Positions 38,791 through 47,550 of a stretch of 64,000 nucleotides of DNA are shown piece after piece. The stretch comes from a virus. The position numbers and the translations under genes are program-made. Numbering within the stretch: the first letter of the stretch is position 1; each line of letters starts with the position of its first letter. The stretch covers positions 10,776-74,775 of the IMG/VR virus record IMGVR_UViG_3300027734_000055. One strand, given 5' to 3'. The notes beneath the pieces were generated by a model, which was not told the origin of the DNA, made no database searches, and saw nothing but the letters and a program-made list of their open reading frames with translations.

Positions 38791-41295
38791 ATGGCAGACA
38801 TAGATAAAAGTTTAGCACAAGCACCTCAAGGCCTAGAAGAATTAGCAGCGGCACAACCTTCATTAGAAATTGATATCGAGAATCCAGAATCAGTCACACT
38901 TGATGACGGTAGTATGGAAGTTACAATCATTCCAGGTAAAGACGTTGCTGGCGATGAATTCAATGCTAACTTAGCTGACGATTTAGATGAAGGACAACTT
39001 ACAGAATTATCAGGTGATCTTATTGGTGAATACGATGCCGATATTTCGTCTCGCAAAGATTGGCTAACTACTTACGTAGATGGCTTAGAGTTACTAGGTC
39101 TTAAAGTAGAAGACCGTACAGAACCATGGCCTGGGGCATGCAATGTGTACCACCCCTTGATGACAGAAGCGCTTGTTAAATTCCAAGCTGAAACTATGAT
39201 GGAGACATTTCCAGCATCGGGCCCAGTAAAAACACAAATCGTTGGTAAGATCACACCGGAAAAAGAACACGCTGCAGAACGCGTTCAAGAAGACATGAAC
39301 TATCAGCTCATGGATAAAATGCCTGAGTATAGACCTGAACATGAACGCATGTTATGGGGACTAGGTTTAGCTGGTAACGCATTTAAAAAAGTTTACTATG
39401 ATCCAAACTTAGAACGCCAAGTTTCTATGTATGTTCCTGCGGAAGATATTGTTGTTCCATACGGCGCATCTAATTTAGAAACATGTGAACGTGTGACACA
39501 CGTCATGAGAAAAACTAAGAATGAATTACGTAAACTACAAGTAGCAGGATTTTATCGCGATGTAGATTTAGGTGAACCGTTCTTAGATATTGATGAAGCA
39601 GAGAAAAAAATTGCAGAGAAGTTAGGATTTAATCCTACAGAGGATGACAGATATAAGATCCTCGAAATGCATGTCAATTTAGATTTAGAAAACGGTGATA
39701 GTGAAGATGGTATTGGTGTACCTTATGTAGTTACAATTGAAAAAGGCACAGGCACTATTTTAGCCATACGTCGTAACTGGAACCCAGACGACAAATTAAA
39801 ATTAAAACGTCAACACTTCGTTCATTACGGTTACATACCAGGCTTTGGTTTCTATTGCTTTGGTTTAATTCATTTGATAGGTGCTTTCGCCAAATCAGGT
39901 ACTATGATCTTACGTCAACTTGTTGACGCAGGTACTCTATCAAACCTTCCAGGTGGACTAAAATCACGCGGTCTACGTATTAAAGGCGATGACACACCGA
40001 TTGCTCCAGGTGAATGGCGTGATGTAGATGTACCTAGTGGTGCAGTGCGTGACAACATCTTACCGCTTCCATACAAAGAGCCTTCACAAGTATTAAACCA
40101 ATTGATGAATCAAATCATCGAAGAAGGTCGTGCGTTTGCTAATGCTGATGGATTAAAAGTTTCAGATATGTCTGCCAATGCTCCAGTCGGTACTACATTA
40201 GCTATTCTTGAAAGAACATTGAAAGTAATGAGTGCTGTACAAGCGCGTATTTACTATGCAATGAAACAAGAGTTTAAACTTCTTAAAGTTATCATTCGTG
40301 ATTACACCCCACAAGAATATTCATACGAGCCTGAAGTAGGTGATAGAAGAGCTAAACAAGCTGACTATGATAATGTTGATGTGATTCCAGTATCAGATCC
40401 AAATGCTGCAACGATGTCACAAAAAGTTGTGCAGTATCAAGCTGTTATGCAAATGGCTCAACAATATCCACAGATCTATGACTTACCAGAACTTAATAAA
40501 CAAATGCTTGAAGTATTAGGCATTAAAAATATTGCCAAGCTTATTCCTAGTACAGAACAAATCACAGCAAAAGATCCTGTGACAGAAAATATGGCGATCA
40601 TTAATGGTAAACCAGTTAAAGCGTTTATCTACCAAGATCATCAAGCACATATTCAAGTACATATGGCGGCTATGCAAGATCCTAAGATTCAGGAAATGGT
40701 TGGACAAAATCCGATGGCACAAACGATTCAAGCTGCAGCTATGGCACATATTAATGAACACGTTGCATTCGAGTATAGAAAACAACTTGAAGAACAATTA
40801 GGTGTACCGTTACCAGCTCCAGATGAAGTATTACCAGAAGATGTTGAATATGAAATTTCTAAACTTATGGCTCAAGCAGCAGGTAAATTATTAGCTAAAG
40901 ATCAAGCAGAAGTTCAACAACAACAAGCTCAACAACAGCAACAAGATCCAATCATTCAAATGCAACAACAAGAGTTGGCTCTCAAAGCACAAGACTTACA
41001 ACTTAAGGCACAAAAAACTCAAGCAGATATTGAGATTGAACATATGAGAGTTGGCATTGAGAAGATGCGTGTTGAGTCACAAGAAAGAATTGCTGGAGCT
41101 ACCTTAGGTGCACAATCAGTTAAATCAGAAAAAGATTCAGAGATTAAACAATTTGTAGAAGGCACCAAAATAGGTATTCAAGCAGTTAAAGATAATGCTG
41201 AACAAGAACTTCGCAGAGAACAAGCTCAACTACAACACCACGCTCAAATGGAACAAGTTAAAGTACAGCAAAGGAATCAACAACCTAAGGAGTAA
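38791..41295 (+). CDS. Portal protein with long C-terminal Gln-rich barrel
   Basis: 834 aa after terL; PWPGAC..HP and AFKKVYYD motifs, Gln-rich tail. Confidence 0.85.
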   Translation: MADIDKSLAQAPQGLEELAAAQPSLEIDIENPESVTLDDGSMEVTIIPGKDVAGDEFNANLADDLDEGQLTELSGDLIGEYDADISSRKDWLTTYVDGLELLGLKVEDRTEPWPGACNVYHPLMTEALVKFQAETMMETFPASGPVKTQIVGKITPEKEHAAERVQEDMNYQLMDKMPEYRPEHERMLWGLGLAGNAFKKVYYDPNLERQVSMYVPAEDIVVPYGASNLETCERVTHVMRKTKNELRKLQVAGFYRDVDLGEPFLDIDEAEKKIAEKLGFNPTEDDRYKILEMHVNLDLENGDSEDGIGVPYVVTIEKGTGTILAIRRNWNPDDKLKLKRQHFVHYGYIPGFGFYCFGLIHLIGAFAKSGTMILRQLVDAGTLSNLPGGLKSRGLRIKGDDTPIAPGEWRDVDVPSGAVRDNILPLPYKEPSQVLNQLMNQIIEEGRAFANADGLKVSDMSANAPVGTTLAILERTLKVMSAVQARIYYAMKQEFKLLKVIIRDYTPQEYSYEPEVGDRRAKQADYDNVDVIPVSDPNAATMSQKVVQYQAVMQMAQQYPQIYDLPELNKQMLEVLGIKNIAKLIPSTEQITAKDPVTENMAIINGKPVKAFIYQDHQAHIQVHMAAMQDPKIQEMVGQNPMAQTIQAAAMAHINEHVAFEYRKQLEEQLGVPLPAPDEVLPEDVEYEISKLMAQAAGKLLAKDQAEVQQQQAQQQQQDPIIQMQQQELALKAQDLQLKAQKTQADIEIEHMRVGIEKMRVESQERIAGATLGAQSVKSEKDSEIKQFVEGTKIGIQAVKDNAEQELRREQAQLQHHAQMEQVKVQQRNQQPKE

Positions 41296-41299
41296 CTAA

Positions 41300-41494
41300 A
41301 TGGACCAAACGCTAGAGCTATTATTGTCTCGAATAGATGATCAGCGCAAAACAGTTTTAAATAATTTAGGAGACGGAGCAGCAAAAGATTTTGCTTCGTA
41401 CCAAAATATGGCAGGATATATACGAGGTCTATCCGTCGCAGAAAGTATGATTAAAGACCTTGCACAAAGAATGGAGACATTTGAAGATGAGTGA
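41300..41494 (+). CDS. Small head-module protein
   Basis: 64 aa, Y...GYIRGL motif, between portal and GroES. Confidence 0.6.
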   Translation: MDQTLELLLSRIDDQRKTVLNNLGDGAAKDFASYQNMAGYIRGLSVAESMIKDLAQRMETFEDE

Positions 41495-41939
41495 TAACGG
41501 GCAAATACTCACGATGAATAAAAATCTATTAGACGCAAGTGGTCGACCGATTGTTATTCCATCGTTAGATGCAGTAGATGCAGAAGACATACCGATTGAA
41601 GAACGTGGTTTACAGTTACCTGAACCTAAAGGATACAAGATACTTTGTGCAATTCCTGACGCTTCAGAAACATACAAAGGTGGTATTGTAAAAGCAGATT
41701 CAACTAGAACTGTAGAAGAACATTCAACTGTAGTTTTATTTGTAGTAAAAGTAGGTGACCTAGCTTATAAAGATGAGACTAGATTTCCTACAGGTCCATG
41801 GTGTAAAGAGGGTGATTTTGTTTTGACACGTGCATACGCAGGTACAAGATTTAAAATCCACGGAAGAGAATTCCGCATTATTAACGACGATACAGTTGAG
41901 GGGGTTGTTCAAGATCCTCGCGGCTATACTCGCGCATAA
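41460..41939 (+). CDS. groES: Co-chaperonin GroES-like protein
   Basis: P.GYKIL...GGIV...VVKVG...PWCKEGDFV...YAGT......FRIINDDTV; true start probably ATG 41487. Confidence 0.85.
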   Translation: MHKEWRHLKMSDNGQILTMNKNLLDASGRPIVIPSLDAVDAEDIPIEERGLQLPEPKGYKILCAIPDASETYKGGIVKADSTRTVEEHSTVVLFVVKVGDLAYKDETRFPTGPWCKEGDFVLTRAYAGTRFKIHGREFRIINDDTVEGVVQDPRGYTRA

Positions 41940-41949
41940 GGAGAGCTAA

Positions 41950-43005
41950 ATGGCTACCGAAACAAAAGATGGTATTGTATATGAATACCCAGATGATATG
42001 GATATACCAGGTACGACAGGTAATAAAGTAAGTGACGAAACAGAAGTTGATCTAAGTCCCAAAGAAGCTGAACCTAAAGCAGAAAAAAAGGTTGAGGCTA
42101 AACAAGAGGATTTTGATCTTGAGATAGAAGATGATACTCCGCCACAAGATAAAGGTCGTGAACCTTTACCAAAAGATGTGGTAGAAGAATTAGAAAAAGA
42201 TACGCTTGATGATTACTCTGAACGAGTTAAACAACGTATGGCGCAGCTTAAAAAAGTTTGGCATGACGAAAGACGTGCTAAAGAATCAGCTGACCGAGAA
42301 AGACAAGAAGCTATTAAATTTGCTCAACAAATTGCGGATGAGAATAAAAAGTTAAAGTCAACTTTAAGTTCTGGCGAAGCAACTTATATTGAGACATTAA
42401 AAAATTCTTTAGACTCACAGTTACATTTAGCCAAGCGAGACTATCGTGAAGCTTATGATTCTGGTGATACTGAGAAAATTATTGATGCTCAACAACGCAT
42501 GAATGATGCACAACTTAGGTTGTCTCAAGCTAATAGTTATATATCCCAATATCAAAGACCTTTACAAGAGGACAAAAATGAGGTATATATACCACAATTA
42601 CAACAACAGCCTCAAACACAGGCATTTAAACCTGATTCTAAAGCACTTGCTTGGCAGGATAAAAATGATTGGTTTGGATCTGATGAAGAAATGACAAGCC
42701 TTGCATTAGGCTTACATGAAAAATTAGTTAGGAGTGGCATAGATCCCACCTCTGACGAATATTATCGTCGTATCGATGGTACGATGCAGAAACGATTCCC
42801 AGAATACTTTGGGGATGCAACGCTAGACGAGGAAACACCCGCCCAGCGCACAAAACCTTCGAATGTAGTTGCCCCGGCAACGCGTAGCACCGCGCCTAAA
42901 AAAGTGCGTCTGACGAAGACACAAGTAGCGTTAGCCAAGAAATTTGGTCTAACACCGGAGCAATATGCAAGAGAAACTTTAAAATTGGAGAACGCAAATG
43001 GATAA
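41950..43005 (+). CDS. Capsid scaffolding protein (putative)
   Basis: Acidic N-terminus, coiled coil, W..KN.WFG and C-terminal LT..Q...AKKFGLT.EQYA. Confidence 0.7.
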   Translation: MATETKDGIVYEYPDDMDIPGTTGNKVSDETEVDLSPKEAEPKAEKKVEAKQEDFDLEIEDDTPPQDKGREPLPKDVVEELEKDTLDDYSERVKQRMAQLKKVWHDERRAKESADRERQEAIKFAQQIADENKKLKSTLSSGEATYIETLKNSLDSQLHLAKRDYREAYDSGDTEKIIDAQQRMNDAQLRLSQANSYISQYQRPLQEDKNEVYIPQLQQQPQTQAFKPDSKALAWQDKNDWFGSDEEMTSLALGLHEKLVRSGIDPTSDEYYRRIDGTMQKRFPEYFGDATLDEETPAQRTKPSNVVAPATRSTAPKKVRLTKTQVALAKKFGLTPEQYARETLKLENANG

Positions 43006-43447
43006 CAACAGACAAGATCGTGAATTACAAACAAGAGAAGAATTTCAAAGACCTGATAGCTGGAAACCTGCATCATTACTACCTGAGTTTAAAAAGGTAC
43101 CTGGTTGGGCTTACAGATGGATTCGTACAAGTGTCATGAACGAGGCTGATAATCTAAATGTTTCTTCAAAAATGCGTGAAGGATGGGAGCCCGTTAAATT
43201 AGCGGACCACCCTGAAATGAAGTTAATGGTTGACCAAAACTCTCGCTTCAAAGAAGGCGTTGAAATTGGTGGATTATTACTTTGCAAGATCCCAGAGGAG
43301 TTTGTTGCACAACGTAAGGCTCATTATGCTAATCAAGCAAAACAACAAGCCGATGCAGTTGACAACAGCTTCTTAAAACAAAGTGATGCTCGTATGCCTC
43401 TGTTCGCAGAGTCAAAATCTACGACATCCTTTGGTAAAGGTAAATAA
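42998..43447 (+). CDS. Conserved head-module protein
   Basis: YRWIR..., REGWEPV and GGLLLCKIP motifs. Confidence 0.6.
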   Translation: MDNNRQDRELQTREEFQRPDSWKPASLLPEFKKVPGWAYRWIRTSVMNEADNLNVSSKMREGWEPVKLADHPEMKLMVDQNSRFKEGVEIGGLLLCKIPEEFVAQRKAHYANQAKQQADAVDNSFLKQSDARMPLFAESKSTTSFGKGK

Positions 43448-43468
43448 TATAAATATAAGGAGATTACT

Positions 43469-44068
43469 ATGTCATATCCAACAGTAACCGCTCCATACGG
43501 ATTAAGACCTATTAATCGTTTTGACGGCATGCCATATGCTGGTGCTACTAATCAGTACCCAGTAACAAGTGGTCAAGCAGTTTATAACGGTCAAGTGGTT
43601 GCATTCGTAAATGGCGGTACAGTATCACCAGTAGCATCCCACACAGCTAGTACTTACGCTGTAGGTGTTGTAATGGGTGTTCAATACACAAACTCAACAG
43701 GTCAAACAGTGCAAGCTCAATATGCACCAGCATCTGGCGTAACTAACGTTATTGCTTATGTTGTAAATGATCCAGCTGCAGAGTTTAAAGTAGCAGTTAC
43801 AGGTAATAATCAAACGATTACTCCAGTAGCAGGCACTGTTTTAAACACAAACGTTTTATTAGTAGTAGGTACAGGAGATACAGCAACAGGTAATATTAAT
43901 TCATCTATTGATGGTTCTTCTGCTAACAGTACTGCTACATCACTATTTAGAGTTACTGCTCTTATTCCAGAAACTATCGATCCAACAACTGGTTACTATT
44001 CAGAAGTTGTCGTTAAGTTCAACGGAACATGGCATCAACAATTATCAACAACCGGTACTACAACTTAA
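43469..44068 (+). CDS. Capsid decoration/minor capsid protein (putative)
   Basis: APYGLRP start, beta-rich, directly upstream of the major capsid gene. Confidence 0.55.
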   Translation: MSYPTVTAPYGLRPINRFDGMPYAGATNQYPVTSGQAVYNGQVVAFVNGGTVSPVASHTASTYAVGVVMGVQYTNSTGQTVQAQYAPASGVTNVIAYVVNDPAAEFKVAVTGNNQTITPVAGTVLNTNVLLVVGTGDTATGNINSSIDGSSANSTATSLFRVTALIPETIDPTTGYYSEVVVKFNGTWHQQLSTTGTTT

Positions 44069-44080
44069 GGAGAATAAAAC

Positions 44081-44995
44081 ATGGCTATTTCACGCGCACA
44101 GCTCCTTAAGGAGCTCTTACCAGGACTAAATGCACTATTTGGTCTAGAATACAAACGTTACGGTGAAGAATCTAAAGAAATTTACGAAACTGAAACATCA
44201 GAACGTTCATTCGAAGAAGAAACAAAACTTTCAGGTTTCTCAGCAGCACCAGTCAAAAACGAAGGCACTGCAATCGCTTATGACAATGCTCAAGAAGCTT
44301 GGACAGCTCGATACAATCATCAAACTATCGCTCTTGGCTTTTCTTTAACAGAAGAAGCTGTAGAAGATAACTTGTATGATACATTATCAGCACGTTACAC
44401 AAAGGCTTTAGCTCGCGCTATGGCTTACACAAAACAAGTTAAGGCTGCTTCAGTTCTTAATAATGGTTTCAATAACTCCGGCTCTTATGACGGTGGTGAC
44501 GGCGTATCATTATTTAACACAGCTCATCCTCTTGTTTCAGGTGGCACAAACAGCAACACTCAATCAACTCCTACAGACTTGAACGAAACAGCATTGGAAA
44601 ATGCAGTTATTCAAATCGCTGCTTGGACTGATGAACGTGGTCTTTTGATCGCTGCTCAACCACGTAAGTTAGTAGTTCCACCAGGTAATCAATTCGTTGC
44701 AACTCGTTTGCTCGAAACTGAACTTCGTGTTTCTACAGCTGACAATGACATCAATGCTATTAAGAATAATGGTTCAATTCCAGAAGGTTACACAATTAAC
44801 CACTTCTTAACAGATCCTGATGCTTACTTCTTAACAACTGATGTACCTAACGGCATGAAACACTTTGTGCGTACTCCGTTATCTACTTCAATGGATGGCG
44901 ATTTTGACACAGGCAATGTTAGATACAAAGCTCGTGAGCGTTATTCATTCGGTTGGTCAGATCCTCTCGGTATGTGGGGTTCACCAGGCGCTTAA
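44081..44995 (+). CDS. Major capsid protein
   Basis: MAISRAQLLKELLPGLNALFG...DFDTGNVRYKARERYSFGWSDP, strong Shine-Dalgarno, highly biased codons, terminator downstream. Confidence 0.9.
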   Translation: MAISRAQLLKELLPGLNALFGLEYKRYGEESKEIYETETSERSFEEETKLSGFSAAPVKNEGTAIAYDNAQEAWTARYNHQTIALGFSLTEEAVEDNLYDTLSARYTKALARAMAYTKQVKAASVLNNGFNNSGSYDGGDGVSLFNTAHPLVSGGTNSNTQSTPTDLNETALENAVIQIAAWTDERGLLIAAQPRKLVVPPGNQFVATRLLETELRVSTADNDINAIKNNGSIPEGYTINHFLTDPDAYFLTTDVPNGMKHFVRTPLSTSMDGDFDTGNVRYKARERYSFGWSDPLGMWGSPGA

Positions 44996-45020
44996 TAGCA
45001 ACTGGCTACGTACTACTAAA

Positions 45021-45051
45021 AGGGCTCACTTAAAATGTGGGCTCTTTTTTT
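45021..45051 (+). terminator. Rho-independent terminator after the major capsid gene
   Basis: AGGGCTCAC-loop-GTGGGCTCT followed by a T-run. Confidence 0.8.
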
Positions 45052-45146
45052 ACCTGTAATTCATGGTTTTCTTGATGTTTGTTTTCATTCAATTTGAAAT
45101 AATGCAGTTGTAGAGTGAAAACTTTATATAACTTTAGGAGATTATT

Positions 45147-45224
45147 ATGAAAACATGGACTAAACCAGCAGCAACTGAAATGAGATTTGGCTTTGAAGTA
45201 ACTATGTACGTAATGAATAAGTAA
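45147..45224 (+). CDS. pqqA: Coenzyme PQQ precursor peptide PqqA (25 aa; not in ORF track)
   Basis: Hand-translated MKTWTKPAATEMRFGFEVTMYVMNK. It has the W.KP......GFEVT.Y PqqA signature with the ExxxY core, and an AGGAG Shine-Dalgarno at 45136-45140. Confidence 0.93.
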   Translation: MKTWTKPAATEMRFGFEVTMYVMNK

Positions 45225-45243
45225 TAGTTCTTTGCTTTAAATT

Positions 45244-45265
45244 AAGGGGCTTCGGCCCCTTTTTT
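45244..45265 (+). terminator. Rho-independent terminator after pqqA
   Basis: AAGGGGC-TTCG-GCCCCTT followed by a T-run. Confidence 0.85.
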
Positions 45266-45303
45266 ACTTGCTTTATATATAAAATGTAGTATTATTCTCC
45301 TAT

Positions 45304-45375
45304 CCGGGTATATCCGGTTTATTAGACTGTCCCGGCAGACGCATATAAGACTAATAGACTTAACTCTATATGGAG
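45304..45375 (+). ncRNA. Candidate pseudoknotted cis-regulatory RNA in the 5' UTR of 45384..45809
   Basis: GGTTTATTAG/CTAATAGACT stem encloses a CTG-TCCCGG-CAG hairpin whose loop is complementary to upstream CCGGG. Confidence 0.4.
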
Positions 45376-45383
45376 AAAATCAA

Positions 45384-45809
45384 ATGGCTTATACAACCTT
45401 TAGCGGCCCAGTCCGTTCATTAGCAGGCTTTGCAGAACCAGTAACATACATCAAAGCTACAGACGTAGTAGCAGGTGAAGTTATTATTGAAGCAGGCGCT
45501 AACGTAGTTATTCTTTCACCAGCAGATGGTGGTCCAGCAACTGAAGCTGCTTTAGTACTTCCAGAAGTAGTTAGTGGTGCATTTACTTTAGCTGATCAAC
45601 CAGCAGATGCTCAATACAATGGTATTAAAGGCTCAGTATTGAACTACGGTGCAGTTGCTCACGTATTAAAAGGCTACGGCACACAAAAAGTTAACGGTTC
45701 AACAACAGGCGTTGTTATTCCAGCTGGCTATGTTACTCAATGGGGTGGCAACGGTAACCAAGCTGCGCCTTGGGCTGCTGCTAACTCAGTTCTTTCAACA
45801 GCTAAATAA
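45384..45809 (+). CDS. Virion structural protein (capsid-associated, putative)
   Basis: MAYTTFSGPVRS start typical of post-capsid genes in these phages; biased codons. Confidence 0.55.
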   Translation: MAYTTFSGPVRSLAGFAEPVTYIKATDVVAGEVIIEAGANVVILSPADGGPATEAALVLPEVVSGAFTLADQPADAQYNGIKGSVLNYGAVAHVLKGYGTQKVNGSTTGVVIPAGYVTQWGGNGNQAAPWAAANSVLSTAK

Positions 45810-45818
45810 TTAAACTCT

Positions 45819-45841
45819 GGGGGCGCTTAGCCCCCTTAATT
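45819..45841 (+). terminator. GC hairpin, weak terminator or stabiliser
   Basis: GGGGGC-GCTTA-GCCCCC then TTAATT. Confidence 0.45.
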
Positions 45842-45860
45842 AAACTTAAGGAGATTAATT

Positions 45861-46373
45861 ATGAGTATGCAATATGATGTAAAACAAGCACACTTAAATT
45901 CTAGTGGGTATTTTGTAAAATTTGCTACACGCGTTAAAGGGCTATCATTTGCAGGTACTGCTTCTGCCGGGACTATAGTTTTATTTGATACCGCAGCAAC
46001 CCCTGTATCAGCAGGCGTAACTTATGCACAAGCAGCTAATACTGTAACAGTAACCAAAACAAACCATGGATTAAATACAGGCGATGTTATTGGTATTCAC
46101 TTTTTATCAAATGCCGGTGTTTCAGCTACTGATGGTACATATGCTATTACTAAAACAGGCGCAGATACTTTTACAGTTACAGATATTAATTCACGTACAA
46201 TAACAAGCACTGCTGCTGTATATACTGTTGGTAAATGGCTTATGACTTATGAAGTTACTGCCGCAGATACCTATACTAACGTGCCTTTTATTCCAGGTGA
46301 AGGTATAAGAGCAAATACAGGTATATATGCGTATATGACTAACTTAGAATCAGCACAAATAATTTATGGCTAA
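45861..46373 (+). CDS. Virion structural protein with inserted beta domain (HGL.TGD...T.TF)
   Basis: HGLNTGDVI...YAITKTGADTFTV insert and C-terminal IPGEGI....IY. Confidence 0.55.
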   Translation: MSMQYDVKQAHLNSSGYFVKFATRVKGLSFAGTASAGTIVLFDTAATPVSAGVTYAQAANTVTVTKTNHGLNTGDVIGIHFLSNAGVSATDGTYAITKTGADTFTVTDINSRTITSTAAVYTVGKWLMTYEVTAADTYTNVPFIPGEGIRANTGIYAYMTNLESAQIIYG

Positions 46374-46626
46374 GAAACAAGGTCCTTCTCTAGCAGTTGG
46401 ACGTGGTGAGAAACTTCCTGTATCAAAAGGTGCAGGGCTCACGGCTAAGGGTCGTGCAAAATATAATGCAGCTACTGGGTCTAACCTAAAGGCTCCTCAA
46501 CCACAAGGTGGACCTCGTAAGAAGTCATTTTGTGCTAGGATGTCAGGCATGCCTGGTCCGATGAAAGACGAAAAAGGTAGACCTACTAGGAAAGCCGCGT
46601 CACTTAAAAGGTGGAATTGTAAATGA
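46366..46626 (+). CDS. Small basic phage protein
   Basis: GLTAKGRAKYN...NLKAP...RKKSFCARM...SLKRWNC conserved-family pattern. Confidence 0.6.
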   Translation: MAKKQGPSLAVGRGEKLPVSKGAGLTAKGRAKYNAATGSNLKAPQPQGGPRKKSFCARMSGMPGPMKDEKGRPTRKAASLKRWNCK

Positions 46627-46844
46627 GTGCAGAACGCGAAGTTATAGAACACGGTGTTGAAATTAAACATATTCAATCAGATGTGGATAGTATTATGGAA
46701 GACATGGAACAATTAAAAGCTCGTCTTGATAGTATTGAAAAGACATTAGAAGAAATCAAAGGCGGTTGGAAAGTTTTTATTGCTATTGCTACTATTATTT
46801 CAGGAGTTATAAGCTGGATGGTAACGCATTGGTTAGGTAAGTAA
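46623..46844 (+). CDS. Coiled-coil protein with C-terminal transmembrane helix (XhlA/holin-like)
   Basis: Heptad coiled coil, then GGWKVFIAIATIISGVISW. Confidence 0.55.
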   Translation: MSAEREVIEHGVEIKHIQSDVDSIMEDMEQLKARLDSIEKTLEEIKGGWKVFIAIATIISGVISWMVTHWLGK

Positions 46845-46847
46845 AGT

Positions 46848-47021
46848 ATGTTAAGTAAAATTTTAAATATTTTTAATAAGGAAAAAACTATGGAAGACTC
46901 AAAAGTAGATCAAGCCACTGAAGCTGCAGTAGAAGCTATTGTAGAAGAAGTAAAAAAAGAAGTTAAAAAAGAAGTTAAAAATCAAGGTGTTTCTTGGTTC
47001 ACTAATACAGATGCCAAGTAA
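46848..47021 (+). CDS. Small hypothetical protein (57 aa, not in ORF track)
   Basis: Hand-translated MLSKILNIFNKEKTMEDSKVDQATEAAVEAIVEEVKKEVKKEVKNQGVSWFTNTDAK; fills the gap between genes. Confidence 0.5.
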   Translation: MLSKILNIFNKEKTMEDSKVDQATEAAVEAIVEEVKKEVKKEVKNQGVSWFTNTDAK

Positions 47022-47541
47022 ATCTAAAGCACAAAGAAATCTTATGGCTGCCGCAGCTCACAATCCTGCGTTTGCTAAAAAGGTAGGGATTCCTGTATCA
47101 GTAGCTCAGGAATTTAACAAAGCTGACAAAGGTAAAAAATTTAAGGAGGGTGGTATGATGGATAAGAAAGATTTAATGCAGGATAAAATGCTTATTAAAA
47201 AAGCAATGAAACAACATGACGCACAAGAACATAAGGGTGGCAAAGGTACTAAGCTAGCTCTTAAAAAAGGTGGCGTTGCTAAAACTGTTACTAAGGAGAT
47301 GGAATATGATTATAAAACAGGTAAAAAATCTTTTACTGGTACAACTGCCCAAAAAGATGCTCACGCTGAAAAAGAAGGTAAAATCGTTGCTAAACATTTA
47401 GCTTATGATAAAGATATGGACAAAATGTGTGGTGGTGGTATGGCTAAATCTAAAAAATATGCTAGCGGCGGTAAAGTATCTCAACTAGCTAAAGCTAATG
47501 GTATTGCTGTTAAAGGCAAATCAAGAGGCACACTTATTTAA
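47011..47541 (+). CDS. Basic protein with multiple xxGG motifs and a C-terminal basic motif
   Basis: Likely start ATG 47011 (MPSKSKAQ); FKEGG, LKKGG, MCGGG, YASGG; ends ANGIAVKGKSRGTLI. Confidence 0.65.
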   Translation: MPSKSKAQRNLMAAAAHNPAFAKKVGIPVSVAQEFNKADKGKKFKEGGMMDKKDLMQDKMLIKKAMKQHDAQEHKGGKGTKLALKKGGVAKTVTKEMEYDYKTGKKSFTGTTAQKDAHAEKEGKIVAKHLAYDKDMDKMCGGGMAKSKKYASGGKVSQLAKANGIAVKGKSRGTLI

Positions 47542-47550
47542 GGATATATC

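Noticed and set aside
44081-46373. A complete pqq operon or a phage RiPP cluster around pqqA
   Set aside because: No radical SAM (CxxxCxxC), PqqB, PqqC or PqqD-like ORF was recognised anywhere in the window; the neighbours are virion genes.
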